The position numbers and the translations under genes are program-made. A stretch of 64,000 nucleotides of DNA from an uncultured Candidatus Binatia bacterium (GTDB taxonomy: Bacteria; Desulfobacterota; Binatia; UBA9968; CAXXLF01): NCBI GenBank assembly GCA_965218425.1, contig OZ244621.1, positions 1,440,001-1,504,000 on the forward strand, given 5' to 3'. The notes under the pieces were generated by a model that was given only the letters and a program-made list of their open reading frames with translations, was not told the DNA's origin and did no database searches. Below, piece by piece: positions 51,198 to 62,203 of this stretch; the stretch's first letter is position 1; each line of letters begins with the position of its first letter.

Positions 51198-51651
51198 AAA
51201 TCGCTCAATCCGGGGAACATTTTTGTACATGAATGCACACATCGGCATTCTTTTGCCCTTTAAAGAACACAAGGGCACTGATTTCCCTACAATCTCGGCA
51301 TATCGGTCTTTGGTATGATGTTCGCTAGAACCATTCTCCTACAACTCCTTTCAATAGCGCCTGGAACTCCCTTACCGTTGTATCAATAATGGGTAAATGG
51401 TTGGAATTATTTAGTTTATGAGGTTCATAAATTGAGCAATTGGCTCCGGTAAGCCATTTTTAGCCTCCTGATAATACGGAATCCGAAGTTATCAACAGCT
51501 TTTACACATGAGGAGTGAATTTCTCTGTCTTAACCACCGTGGGGGACAATAATTTGATCGTAGGGTCGGCTCATGGTCATAGAGTAAACCCTTGCTCGAC
51601 ACACAGCCTCGTTATAAGCTCTGTGCACTTCAACCTATAAGGAGGCCGACC

Positions 51652-52041
51652 ATGATTCGCCATACAATGATTCGTGTCAATGACTTGGATGAATCCATCA
51701 AATTCTATTGTGACCTACTGAAAATGAAACTGTTCAGGAAAAAAGAGTATCCCACAGGACGGTTCACCCTGGCCTTTGTTGGTTACGGCTCCGAGGCGGA
51801 ACACACTGCCCTGGAGCTGACATACAACTGGGATACCCACGAATACGATCTGGGAAACGGGTTTGGACATATCGCCATCGGCGTGGACGACATTTACAAG
51901 ACCTGCGACGAGCTGCGAAGCAAGGGAGCGAAGGTCGTGCGCGAGCCGGGTCCCATGAAACACGGGCAAACCAATATCGCCTTTATCGAAGACCCAAACG
52001 GCTACAAAATCGAGCTAGTTCATAATGGCCCCAGGACCTAA
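51652..52041 (+). CDS. gloA: Lactoylglutathione lyase
   Basis: HTMIRV, LELTYNW, GFGHIAI and DPNGYKIE; AGGAGG RBS. Confidence 0.96.
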   Translation: MIRHTMIRVNDLDESIKFYCDLLKMKLFRKKEYPTGRFTLAFVGYGSEAEHTALELTYNWDTHEYDLGNGFGHIAIGVDDIYKTCDELRSKGAKVVREPGPMKHGQTNIAFIEDPNGYKIELVHNGPRT

Positions 52042-52116
52042 ATGGACTGCCCTGGGGTGTTCGTTTCCCCCTGATTTGGAGAAGTTGACAGGATAAAAGA
52101 GGAGGTGTAACTTTTT

Positions 52117-52901
52117 ATGTACGGACCAAAAAAAGCAGATCCTAGCGGCGGATGACGAGCCCGACATTATTAACATTGCAAGTATAACGTTAGAAAAAGA
52201 GGGCTTCTGCGTTTCATCGGCGGCTAATGACGTTGAGGCCATGTCCAGCATCAAAGAAAGCAAACCCGACGTGGTCATTCTCGATCGGAATATGCCAGAA
52301 ATAGGGGGGGATGAGGTGACGACACGGCTTTAGGAATCACCCGATACCTCGTCTATTCCCATCATCTTGCTAACCTCCCTAGACAAATACGAGGATGTAT
52401 CGGGGGGCTATGGGATAGGAGCCGATGGGTATGTCACTAAACCCTTTACCCCTAGTCAGATCAGCAATTAAAAAAGAACAAAACCACTCCGGGAACCTCA
52501 AAAAATCCCCGGACTGGATGGATGCCTTCCGTGGCTGGGGTGTTGACTTCTACAACTCAAAATCAGGTGAACAGTCGAGCATGGCCATTGGCCCGGATGG
52601 TCGCTCTGACAGCTTCGATGAGTGGCGAATTCAAAACTACATCGAGACGGAGACTCAATGGCGCGGGCGCTTCGCTGACCTCAACTCTCTGATTAAAAAC
52701 CACAGTGATGCCACCGAGAGATTCATCGAATATTCGAGCTCCAAAGGATGGATTGAACGGGCCAAGAGGGAAGGAAACAATTCATTTAACGGCTCCATGG
52801 AAACCCAACTGCAAGATCGCTGGATCGTCACCAGCGGTGGGGTTCAGATGGTGCCTACCACTCAGACCAAAGAAATCAAATCGCAGACTCACGCAGATTG
52901 A
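52117..52901 (+). pseudogene. Response regulator with C-terminal domain of unknown function, disrupted
   Basis: ILAADDEP, PDVVILDRNMP and GADGYVTKPF; A7 frameshift near the start, in-frame TAG near 52331, second shift near 52460 into the 52425 ORF. Confidence 0.72.
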
Positions 52902-53075
52902 CGCAGTGGAATAGTCATAAGCGCACGGCGTCCACTTTTAAGCCATCAGCTCCGGACTCATTCCTGCCAACTGCTTCCTGTCTTACTAAATCCTGTTGTC
53001 CGTAGTCCTGTGGTCGGTGGTCCCTAGTTTTGCTGCCATCTGCGTTCTGCCTGCATTTTTCGCACGCTTTGCTAC
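52878..53075. repeat. Composite 7-mer and CGCAGA repeat tract
   Basis: CGCAGACTCACGCAGATTGACGCAG; GTTGTCCGTAGTCCTGTGGTCGGTGGTC; CTGCCATCTGCGTTCTGCCTG. Confidence 0.6.
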
Positions 53076-53079
53076 CAAC

Positions 53080-53736
53080 TCAGGATTCCCCAATCCCTGT
53101 GATTTTTACGCTCGCGTGCTTGGATTTGTATTTGCGGTTAAGCTGAATTAACACGCCTGTGAGCCCCTCGATAACATAGGCGTTGCTTGCCGGTCCAGCA
53201 TCAAGGGCCCTTGCGCCGATTTCCAGGAGAAATTCTATTGTTTTCCGTTTACTCTGTTGGTCATCCCCACATACTAATACGTCACCTAAAGGGGCCTCAG
53301 GTTGCTGTAGGTCCACGGCGGAGATGTTATGCAGTGCACCCACCAGGTAAGCCTCCCGACCCAATATTCCCTGCGCCTCCATGAGAGCGGAGCCTGCAGG
53401 CGGGATAAAGGGCCTACCTTTTTTTAGCGGCACCACAGCGTCAATAATGATCTTTGCCCGAAGTTCCTCCCTTAACTCCGAGAGCATCGGGGCATGACCT
53501 TCATAGGGGACAGCGATAACCACCAGTTCTGCCTCCCTGACGGCCTCCAGATTGCTCTTTCCGTCGAATCTGCCCTTTCCAATGGAATTTTTAAGGCTTT
53601 CAACCACTGTGTCCGCTTTTTCCTGATCGCGCGAACCAATGAGAAGTTTTATCCCTGGAAATGCCAACCGGTGGGCTAATGCTTGCCCGAGATTGCCGGT
53701 TCCTCCCACAATGGCAATGGAGATCTCTTTTTCCAT
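53080..53736 (-). CDS. npdG: NADPH-dependent F420 reductase (Fno)
   Basis: GGTGNLG, IGSR, VVPL, HNISA, EGLT..LIQLN; lies in the cof operon. Confidence 0.93.
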   Translation of the reverse strand: MEKEISIAIVGGTGNLGQALAHRLAFPGIKLLIGSRDQEKADTVVESLKNSIGKGRFDGKSNLEAVREAELVVIAVPYEGHAPMLSELREELRAKIIIDAVVPLKKGRPFIPPAGSALMEAQGILGREAYLVGALHNISAVDLQQPEAPLGDVLVCGDDQQSKRKTIEFLLEIGARALDAGPASNAYVIEGLTGVLIQLNRKYKSKHASVKITGIGES

Positions 53737-53746
53737 AAGTACTGCC

Positions 53747-54502
53747 TCAAAAACCGCGGAACAAATCCTGTTCTTCGGGACGGAGGAGTTCACGGGCTGA
53801 CCCCGGCCCCTGGGCCGCCGCCAAACCTCGAATCAAAGCTACAGGAACGCGATCTCTCTTGCCCATGGTTAGACTAGCGGCCGAGGCCAGTTCGTCGCCA
53901 ATGGCCTCCACCGATGCTTTGAGTTCATATCCGTAGCCATCAGTCTTGCCGCGGTCGTCTTTCAGCGGACTGAGACCCGCCACCCCAAGGGCAACCTCCG
54001 TAGTTCCTAATCTCCACGGACGGCCAAAGCTGTCACTGATTATCACACCGGGGGCCACTCCGGTTAACCCCATTATCTCGTCTCTAATTTTTTTCGCTGA
54101 TTCATCCGGATCCTGGGGTAAAAGGACTGCCTGATCCAGCCCCACGTTGGAAAGATCCACACCCCCATTGGCGCAAATAAAGCCATGATGAGTCTCAACG
54201 ATAATAACCCCCCTTCCCATCTTGATAATCCTTCGGCTTTCTCCAAGGATCACCTCCAGCAACCGCGGGTCCTTGTCGAGTTTGATCGAAAGCTCCATTG
54301 CCCGTGCTGAAGGAACAATTTCACTTAAACGGGCAACCCTTCCTTCCGCCTTAGAGACAATCTTCTGGGCAATTACCAGGATGTCTCCACTAACCAATGA
54401 AAGTCCCTGACAAGAGCACGCGTCCTGAATCATCTGGCCTATGGGGCTCCTCACCACCACTTCACCGATTCCCTCAAGGCCTGTGACTTCCAACGTTTTC
54501 AT
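53747..54502 (-). CDS. cofE: Coenzyme F420-0:L-glutamate ligase (single domain)
   Basis: KIVSKAEGR, ANGGVDLSN and SDSFGRPWR motifs. Confidence 0.95.
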   Translation of the reverse strand: MKTLEVTGLEGIGEVVVRSPIGQMIQDACSCQGLSLVSGDILVIAQKIVSKAEGRVARLSEIVPSARAMELSIKLDKDPRLLEVILGESRRIIKMGRGVIIVETHHGFICANGGVDLSNVGLDQAVLLPQDPDESAKKIRDEIMGLTGVAPGVIISDSFGRPWRLGTTEVALGVAGLSPLKDDRGKTDGYGYELKASVEAIGDELASAASLTMGKRDRVPVALIRGLAAAQGPGSARELLRPEEQDLFRGF

Positions 54503-55155
54503 CGATCAGCGTATGGCTCAATTAGGCCCTTGCGGGACGCTCCTCCAACCCCTGAAGAGAGGAAAACTTCCAGATCTTGCAGGTGGTCGATATCAAGTGC
54601 AACCCGCTGGTTCTCTAAAACCCGGAGTGGCAGCCTTTTGGCACAGGCCTGGCTCAAGTGGTAACAGAAGCTGTCAAAACCGAATCGAGGTATGATGGCA
54701 TCCGGTGGAGACAGCAGGAGAGCATTGGTCCCCATGCGATTCCGAGAAGGCACCAGCACCACAAAGGGAGAGCCGACCTGGTCCCTTGGGGCTAGTTCAA
54801 GAATTAATTCGACATCTTTTGAACGCAACAACGGAAGATCTCCGGGAAGAATAAGGATAGTCTCGATTCCTTTCTGTTTTAACCGTTCCGTCGCAAAGGT
54901 CACAGCTTCCGTCTCTCCCCTTTCATCTTTTTCTCGGATCACCTGGGCCCCTGCAGAGCGAGCTATCCGGGTTACTGCGTCGTCCGCTGTGACCACATAG
55001 GTTGCTTGAATTCCCTGTGCGGTCCTCACCTGATCCAGCACGTGTCGTAGCATGGACTCGGCCAGGACCTCCCGCTCAACCACACTGAAGTGCGGTGTGA
55101 GCCGTTGCTTCGCGTTGGCAAATCCTTTTGCGGGAATTAGGACCGATGTATTCAT
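54499..55155 (-). CDS. cofC: CofC/FbiD guanylyltransferase
   Basis: IPAKGFANAKQRL, PGDLP, GTNAL and DIDHLQDL motifs. Confidence 0.93.
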   Translation of the reverse strand: MNTSVLIPAKGFANAKQRLTPHFSVVEREVLAESMLRHVLDQVRTAQGIQATYVVTADDAVTRIARSAGAQVIREKDERGETEAVTFATERLKQKGIETILILPGDLPLLRSKDVELILELAPRDQVGSPFVVLVPSRNRMGTNALLLSPPDAIIPRFGFDSFCYHLSQACAKRLPLRVLENQRVALDIDHLQDLEVFLSSGVGGASRKGLIEPYADR

Positions 55156-56072
55156 CTGGGGGTCACTAGTTTACGTGCCAGTTGTCTTTTATCAAGCGGC
55201 GAGTCCAGTCGGATCGATGTGACCACGGTCTTGACCCCCAAATCCTCAACTCGAGGGATAAGCTCGCGATCCTCGTGCCCAAGGAACATGAAATCAAGAA
55301 ACTCCCGATAGGCCTCGGCAACACCAAAGGCCGATACCTCCATGCCCAGGCACGCCATGAACTTATGCGCGGGACCGCTAAACGGCCTCCCTCCAACCAC
55401 AGGGCTTACCGCAGCCACGGTCGCTCGGGTTTCCCTCAACGCATCCCGTATCCCGGGAACCGCGAGGATGGGGCCAATGCTGGTCACGGGATTGCTCGGA
55501 CAGAGGATCACGGCAGATGCCCCCTGAATGGACTCCAACACTCCGGGCGCCGGCCGACTCCCTTGTGCTCCTTCATAGGAGATCCCTTCACATGGATCCG
55601 CCCATCCATCCCTTACGAAATACTCCTGAAATGACATTACCCCTTTGGGAGTCCGGATTCTTGTCTCCACCCTGTCATCGGACATGGGAGCTACTGCGGT
55701 GCGAATACCGAATGCCTTGCAGATCTGCTCGGTTACCTGGGATAGACTGAAACCCTCCCGCAAAAGGCGAGACCGGGTAAGATGGGTTGCCAGATCCCTA
55801 TCCCCGAGCTGAAACCAGGTGTCCTCACCAATTCTCCCAAGCCACTCCAACACAGTGAAAGTTTCGTTCTGAATTCCCCACCCTCTGGCGGCGTCCGCTA
55901 CTCCGGCCAGTGTGTAAGTTATGGTGTCAACGTCCGGTGAGACATGGAGTCCGTGCACGACGCAATCGTCGGCGGTATTGCAAACCACGAACAGCCTTTC
56001 CGGCTCCACCTCCAGGCTCAGTCCCTGAACGAGTTTTGCACCTCCGGTTCCTCCCGTAAGGAGTACAAACAT
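55152..56072 (-). CDS. cofD: CofD/FbiA 2-phospho-L-lactate transferase
   Basis: GGTGGAKL, SPDVDT, WFQLGDRD, FQEYFV and PSNPVTSIGPI motifs. Confidence 0.96.
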   Translation of the reverse strand: MFVLLTGGTGGAKLVQGLSLEVEPERLFVVCNTADDCVVHGLHVSPDVDTITYTLAGVADAARGWGIQNETFTVLEWLGRIGEDTWFQLGDRDLATHLTRSRLLREGFSLSQVTEQICKAFGIRTAVAPMSDDRVETRIRTPKGVMSFQEYFVRDGWADPCEGISYEGAQGSRPAPGVLESIQGASAVILCPSNPVTSIGPILAVPGIRDALRETRATVAAVSPVVGGRPFSGPAHKFMACLGMEVSAFGVAEAYREFLDFMFLGHEDRELIPRVEDLGVKTVVTSIRLDSPLDKRQLARKLVTPR

Positions 56073-56082
56073 TCTCTACGAC

Positions 56083-57336
56083 TCACATGGCCGTTGAGGT
56101 TTCAATCCTGGTTTGAAGTCCGTCATGGGGGCTAGGCGGTTGGAGATCGAGGGCCTTTTGCCAGCTTCGAATAATTTTGTATGTGGTCGATCGCTCAGCA
56201 GGAATACGATGGATCTCTGAGATCAGATTTCGAAATTCATAGGGCCACGTCATCTGTCCCTCTTGAGAACCAGCGAGGCGGGAGATGCTTTCCTCCATGA
56301 GGGTTCCGCCAAAGTCATTGGCTCCAGACCGAAGGCAGAACTGGGACATTCTACGCCCCATCTTGACCCAGGAAACCTGAATGTTGGGAATGAAATCGTT
56401 GAGCAGGACCCTTGCCAAGGCGTGGACACGGATACTTTCCTCAGGGGTCGGTCCGGGCCGGGCAAGCCCCTGCTGATAGAGAGCGGTATTGGCATGAACG
56501 AAACCCAAGGGGACAAACTCGGTGAATCCGCCCGTCTCCTTCTGGATTTCTCTTAGCAAAAGAATGTGCCTTACCCAGTGGCGCCCTGTTTCCCGATGGC
56601 CGTACATCATGGTTGACGTGGTGGGTATCCCGAGACGATGGGCCGCGGTTATGACTCTCACCCACTGGGCGACGCTGAGTTTATTTTTCGACAGCACTCT
56701 GCGAACATCATCGTCCAAGATCTCTGCCGCTGTCCCCGGTAGGCTGTCGAGCCCTGCCTCGCGGAGAGTCTTGAGATAATCTTCTACCGGGAGACGAGTC
56801 AACTCAACGCCGTAGGTAATCTCCATGGGTGAATAGGCATGGATATGGATCCTCGGGACCTGCGATCTAATGGCACCCAGAAGATCCCGGTAATAATGGG
56901 GCGGCATGCCTCGAGGCAGTCCACCTTGCATGCAAATTTCAGTCGCCCCTTTTTCCCAGGCCTCTTCCGCGCGCCGTCCCACTTCGTCCAAGGAGTAATC
57001 CCAGGCATCTTGATGATTAGGGCCCGTACTAAACGCGCAGAACTTACAACCCACATAGCAAACGTTAGTAAAGTTGATATTTCGACAGACCACATAGGTC
57101 ACACGGTCTCCTACTCTTTTTTGACGTAGCAGATCGGCGGTGGCCACCAGTGCACCGAGCTCGTTTCCCATGACGTCACACAGCTCCATGCCCTCCCCTT
57201 CTGTGATTTCAAATCCCGTCACCGCCTTCTCCAGAATTTGCGCCACTTTTGGTTTTATCAGTGGAAGAAGCTCGCTCAGCCTCTCCGCTGAGTCATCGAA
57301 ATCAAACAGGGCTTCCAATGGCAGCATGAAATTCAC
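56083..57336 (-). CDS. cofH: FO synthase subunit CofH
   Basis: RNINFTNVCYVGCKFC, PGTAAEIL, TMMYGH and NDFGGTLMEESI motifs. Confidence 0.95.
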   Translation of the reverse strand: MNFMLPLEALFDFDDSAERLSELLPLIKPKVAQILEKAVTGFEITEGEGMELCDVMGNELGALVATADLLRQKRVGDRVTYVVCRNINFTNVCYVGCKFCAFSTGPNHQDAWDYSLDEVGRRAEEAWEKGATEICMQGGLPRGMPPHYYRDLLGAIRSQVPRIHIHAYSPMEITYGVELTRLPVEDYLKTLREAGLDSLPGTAAEILDDDVRRVLSKNKLSVAQWVRVITAAHRLGIPTTSTMMYGHRETGRHWVRHILLLREIQKETGGFTEFVPLGFVHANTALYQQGLARPGPTPEESIRVHALARVLLNDFIPNIQVSWVKMGRRMSQFCLRSGANDFGGTLMEESISRLAGSQEGQMTWPYEFRNLISEIHRIPAERSTTYKIIRSWQKALDLQPPSPHDGLQTRIETSTAM

Positions 57337-57491
57337 CGTTCCTAACCTCGATCCGAGATTAATAGACCAAAGAAATTAACCCTACCGGGCACCGGATGGT
57401 AGCTAAGAGCTGTTTTCATCCTGGATCAGCAACTTACCATTTGTGCGCTTACGAACCCAAACTCAAATTACAGCATTCATGTAGTATCAGC

Positions 57492-58721
57492 TTAAGATCG
57501 GATACGCTCGGTCATCATTGTCGGATCGGGGCTAACCAATCCGTCCGTACCACAGAGGCTCTCCACATAGGGGAGCAACATGGGCGATATATATTTTTCA
57601 CTTTGAAAAACGAATTCCGGATAGAGGGGAAGTCGTGGTTTCAACACGTACCCCGCCTCAGCGGTTTTACGACCGAGCATCTCCAGCTCGGGCCACGGAG
57701 CTTCTGGATTGATAAAATCAGGAGTAAGAGGAGAAACCCCACCCCAGTCGTTAATCCCTGCGCCGATGTAGCTTTCATAGTTTGCTGGCGTGAGATTGGG
57801 CGGAGCCTGGACATTCATCTCGCCACCCAGAATGAGTCTGGCCAAGGCAATGGATTTCAACATTTCTTCATGAGACGGTTCGGCGCGACCGAACATGGGC
57901 GTTCCAGGCTTTGAGCGAAAGTTTTGTACGATCACTTCTTGAATATGGCCATGGCGTAGGTGCAGATCTCTGATGGCAAACAGAGAGTCAATCCTTTCCC
58001 GCCAGTCTTCACCAATCCCTATGAGAATCCCTGTGGTAAATGGAATATGGAACTCTCCCGCCTGTTGGATAGTTTTTAGACGCAGCTCCGGCTTCTTATC
58101 CGGCGCGTTAAAATGAGGACCCGAAGGCCACATGAGACGAGGGCTGGCGCTCTCCAGCATAAGGCCAAGGCTAAGATTGACCTCTCTAAGCCTCAGGAGG
58201 TCCTTTCGTCCCATGAGCCCCGCATTGGAGTGAGGCAGCGTCTCTGTCTCTTCGAGCACCACCCTGCACACCTCGTAGAGATAATCGAGGGTGCGCCGAT
58301 GCCCCAGCCGACCCAGAAACTCCCCCATCTCAGGGTAAATGGCCTCTGGCTTGTCCCCCAGACTAAACAGGACCTCCGTGCAACCCAAAAGTTTTCCCCG
58401 GTTAACGATCCGCAGGACCTCATCCAGTGTCAGGGTCTTTGCCCCTGTGTCATGGGGAGCCTTTCGAAAGGTACAGTAACCACAGAAATCGCGACAGAGG
58501 TTTGTCAAAGGAATGAAAACCTTGGGAGAAAAGGTGATGGTCTTGCCTTTGTGGAGGTCGCGCAATTCCGATGCTGCCAGAAGCAGTTCTGTGAAATCCT
58601 CGCCTTTAGCGGATGAAAGGACGAGGGATTCGCTTTTGCTCAACGGCTTTCCGCTGCGACACTCTTCAAGAATACGCTCTACCATCCTAGCTTGCATAGC
58701 CGATAAGACACCTGGGGTCAA
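57492..58721 (-). CDS. cofG: FO synthase subunit CofG
   Basis: FIPLTNLCRDFCGYC, FTTGILIGIGE, QAPPNL and DWGGVSP motifs. Confidence 0.95.
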   Translation of the reverse strand: MTPGVLSAMQARMVERILEECRSGKPLSKSESLVLSSAKGEDFTELLLAASELRDLHKGKTITFSPKVFIPLTNLCRDFCGYCTFRKAPHDTGAKTLTLDEVLRIVNRGKLLGCTEVLFSLGDKPEAIYPEMGEFLGRLGHRRTLDYLYEVCRVVLEETETLPHSNAGLMGRKDLLRLREVNLSLGLMLESASPRLMWPSGPHFNAPDKKPELRLKTIQQAGEFHIPFTTGILIGIGEDWRERIDSLFAIRDLHLRHGHIQEVIVQNFRSKPGTPMFGRAEPSHEEMLKSIALARLILGGEMNVQAPPNLTPANYESYIGAGINDWGGVSPLTPDFINPEAPWPELEMLGRKTAEAGYVLKPRLPLYPEFVFQSEKYISPMLLPYVESLCGTDGLVSPDPTMMTERIRS

Positions 58722-58949
58722 CCTGCCTACACTGTCGCTGCAAAAGGGTTTTCCATTGCAAAATTCAGCATCACTGCCGTAAGCGTCAATTGATATGGTC
58801 GGAAAATTTGGTATATTCGAACGAGGTTTTACCCGCCATCCAAATGTGTGTCATTGAGTTGATTTTATAATTAGGATTGCCACTGTGCAGCCTGTATTAC
58901 TTCTACTTAACCTCAGTGTAATGAACTCACTCTAGGGAGGGTCTAGGCT

Positions 58950-60026
58950 ATGAAGTACCGTTTAGCTTTTATGTTGTAGACGCCTTTAGCCCTGACGGCA
59001 GTCCTGCTGGTATCCGTGCCGCCAATCCTTGCGCAGCAATCGAGAGATCTAACCAAGGTTTTTGGAAGCAGGCCGGTGAAGATCATCGTCGGCTCATCTC
59101 CAGGCGGGGGTTATGACACTTTCTCCCGAATGGTGGCGCGTTTCGCAGGAAAATATTTGCCAGGAAATCCGTCCTTTGTCGTGAAAAACATACCGGGGGG
59201 CGGCCAGCTGCGCGGTTTGCGGGCTGCGATGAGATCCAAACCCGATGGATTGACCATCGGATTGCTGCACCCTCGATTCGCACAGCAGGAACTCACCGGC
59301 ATTGATGTTCCTGACTTCGATCTCAAGACCGTCCGCGTTCTGGGTAGTCCGAGCGCAAACAGTGTGCCGCGTATTTGGTGCGCCCGCCGTAGCCTCGCAT
59401 CAACATGGAGCGAAATCAAAAAACTGGGACGGCCCCTCACGAACGGGGATTCCGCCCCCGGGGCAGCTTTCGGGATGGACCCGCAGTTCGTATCAGAACT
59501 CGGGGGACCAATAAAAATGGTCTATGGCTACGGAGGGACATCGGAGATTATGGCTGCATTCGACCGGGGCGAAACTGACAGCATCGACCGCTGTACCCAT
59601 GAGCATGTGCTGCGCCTGTTTCCCGGATGGATAACAAATCAAACCGTCGCTCCCATTTTTTGGTGGGAGAAGGAGCCTTCAAGGGACTGGTTGGGTCGAA
59701 TAGGGTCGGGCAAGATCCCCCACATATTCGAGATCGTAAAACCCAACGATGACCAGCGTAACGCTTTTCAGGTCGCAACACAGTTCAACGTTTTCAGCCG
59801 GATCTTCATTACACCTCCGGGCGTGCCCGACGATATGTACAACGCGTGGAAAAAAGCTTTCGAAGTCACAGTAAAGGATCCCGGTTTTCTAAAGGCGGCG
59901 GAGGCAGCCGGCTTGGAGGTCGGGTTAGGAACGGCGAATGATTTTAATGAATTGCTCAAGTCTTATCAAAGGCTGACGCCCGCGGGAACAAAGTTATTGA
60001 AAAGGCTCATCGGCCAAGGATCGTAA
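58950..60026 (+). pseudogene. tctC: Tripartite tricarboxylate transporter substrate-binding protein with TAG in the signal peptide
   Basis: GGAGG RBS and ATG at 58950; TAG at 58977; mature part has SPGGGYD, NIPGGG and KPDGLTI. Confidence 0.78.
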
Positions 60027-60112
60027 GCTAACAAATGCGCGGCTGGCTGTGAGCCCACCGCGCTCGTGAGAGATCGAACCCGGGTCGAGTACAACATGAT
60101 TAGGTAAAATCA

Positions 60113-61627
60113 ATGCTTGAAGCAGCGGTAGAGGCCGCGGGTCGGCTATTTTCTCCGGGACCCTTACTGGTGATGCTTATCATGCTGCCGATCTCTCTGA
60201 TATCAGGCATGATGCCGGGCGGGAGTCTGCCCATTGCCGTCATCGTTTTGGGGTTTGCCGGCTATCTGGATCCTTGGATCACCGTGACGGCGGTGGTCTT
60301 TTTCCTGGCGGCAAGCGATATCACCGAGCCGGTTCCATCCATCCTCATGGGTATTCCTGGCGCTCGATCGGCGCAGGCAACCATTCTCGATGGCTACCCC
60401 ATGGCCTAAAAGGGACTCGCCGGCGTCGCCCTTGGCGCCAGCTATACTTGTACGCTTGTGGGCGGAATCATTGGTGCCATAGCACTCCTTGTGGCTCTGC
60501 CAATCTCACGTGAACTACTCAGATTATTCGGTTCGGCCGAGTTTTTCCTCCTGTCGCTCTTGGGCCTTTTGTGTGTGGCCGTTGTCAGCTCCGGAGCGTT
60601 TGTCAAAGGGGTTCTTACGGCTTCCTTTGGACTCGCCATCGCTATGATCGGCTTCTCTCCCGTCACCGGCGTAGTGCGGGCTAACTTCGGAATCGATTAT
60701 CTATGGGAGGGAGTCCCCCTGGTACCCATTGTTGTCGGACTCTTTGCACTGCCCGAAGCCATCGACCTGGTTGCCGCCAACACGCCCATTGCCCGTGAGC
60801 GTCTGGACACGATGCTTAAAGAGGCCAATCGGGACGTTTACCGTGGCATGCGCGAGGCGTTCAATCACAAATTGCTTCTTCTGCGTTCGTCATTGATCGG
60901 CACCTTCGTGGGTATGATGCCCGGTGTCGGGTCGTCCGGAGCCCATTGGATCGCTTACGCCCAGGCTCGTCATACCGAGAAGGGAGGCCTGGACAGCTTT
61001 GGCAAGGGTAATGTTCGCGGTGTCATCGCGGCCGACTCGGCCAACAACTCCGTGGACGGTGGTACGCTGATACCAACAGTGGTGTTCGGTATTCCCGGCA
61101 GCAGCGGCATGGCCATTCTTCTAACCATACTGGTGATCTCCGGGGTTCAACCCGGCCCCGCCATGCTAACCCGCCACTTGGACCTCACCGTGAGTCTCGT
61201 ATACATAATCGCGCTGGCAAATATCATTGTCGTTCCCATCATGCTTTACGCCGCACCGCTCATCACCAGAATCGCGGCAATCCCACCGAACGTGTTAGCA
61301 CCCATCGTAATCGGCATCGTAACCCTGGCCGCCTACCAGGCGTCATACTCCATCGGAGACCTGGTTCTAGTGCTGGGATTTGGCGTGCTTGGAATCTTCA
61401 TGAAACAGTATGGCTGGCCCCGCCCGCCGATTCTGATTGCGGTCGTTCTAGCGGAAATCGTTGAAAAGTATCTATGGTTATCGGTCAACACCTATGGATT
61501 CTCCATGTTTCAGCGGCCGCAGTTTCTAGCGATTATCGCCATTATGGTCTTGGTCATGGTGGTGAGTCTACGAATCCAAGCCAGCGCAAATAGGACGTTG
61601 TTCGAATCAGGTAGCGCGGCGTCATAG
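60113..61627 (+). pseudogene. tctA: Tripartite tricarboxylate transporter large permease with in-frame TAA
   Basis: GIPG..ATILDGYPMA*KG..ALG; TAA at 60407-60409; both ORF pieces are in the same frame. Confidence 0.88.
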
Positions 61628-61651
61628 CCAGTCAGAACGAGCGAGAATAAA

Positions 61652-62194
61652 GTGGAGACTTCTACAGCAGAACCGGAAATGAACCAGAAGCAAGCGCGCC
61701 CACGAATCTCCCTCGAGGTGTTGGGAGAAATCGTTTTGCTGCTACTGGTGGGTGGTTTTTTCCTTTATCTCTTTATCGAGTCGTTCCGATGGCCCCTCGG
61801 CTCGGCCCTTATGCCGTGGATCACGGTCGGTATCGGTGCTCCCTTCTGGTTGTATCGGCTAATGGCGCTTTGTGTTCAGGCCAAGGATGTGCCGAAACAG
61901 ATCATGGACATCGGATTCTGCACCGGGGGTGATCCCACTGGGGAGAGAGCGCGCTTTGTTCGAATTTGTTTCTTCATCGTAGCTCTTTATCTGGCCATCT
62001 GGTTATTTGGTTTTCACATCGCGCTACCAGTGGGGATGCTCTTTTACCTACGTGTCTATGGTCACGTCAGTTGGTGGGGGTCACTTTGCGTCGGCTTAAT
62101 GTTTCTTGCCTTGATAGTGGGCGTCTATGATCGACTGTTGGGTGCTACCTGGCACAATCCCCCTGTTCTAGAGCTGCTGAATTTCATTTTGTAG
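61652..62194 (+). CDS. tctB: Tripartite tricarboxylate transporter small permease
   Basis: Several TM helices, WLFGFHIA motif; follows tctA. Confidence 0.78.
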   Translation: METSTAEPEMNQKQARPRISLEVLGEIVLLLLVGGFFLYLFIESFRWPLGSALMPWITVGIGAPFWLYRLMALCVQAKDVPKQIMDIGFCTGGDPTGERARFVRICFFIVALYLAIWLFGFHIALPVGMLFYLRVYGHVSWWGSLCVGLMFLALIVGVYDRLLGATWHNPPVLELLNFIL

Positions 62195-62203
62195 CTCATG
62201 ATT

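Noticed and set aside
51311..51326. Sigma54-like TGGTATGATGTTCGCT
   Set aside because: It is a weak match with no enhancer sites and no nearby target start.
58977..60409. Stop-codon reassignment or pyrrolysine readthrough
   Set aside because: The in-frame stops include TAG, TAA and TGA, and all three also end intact genes normally.
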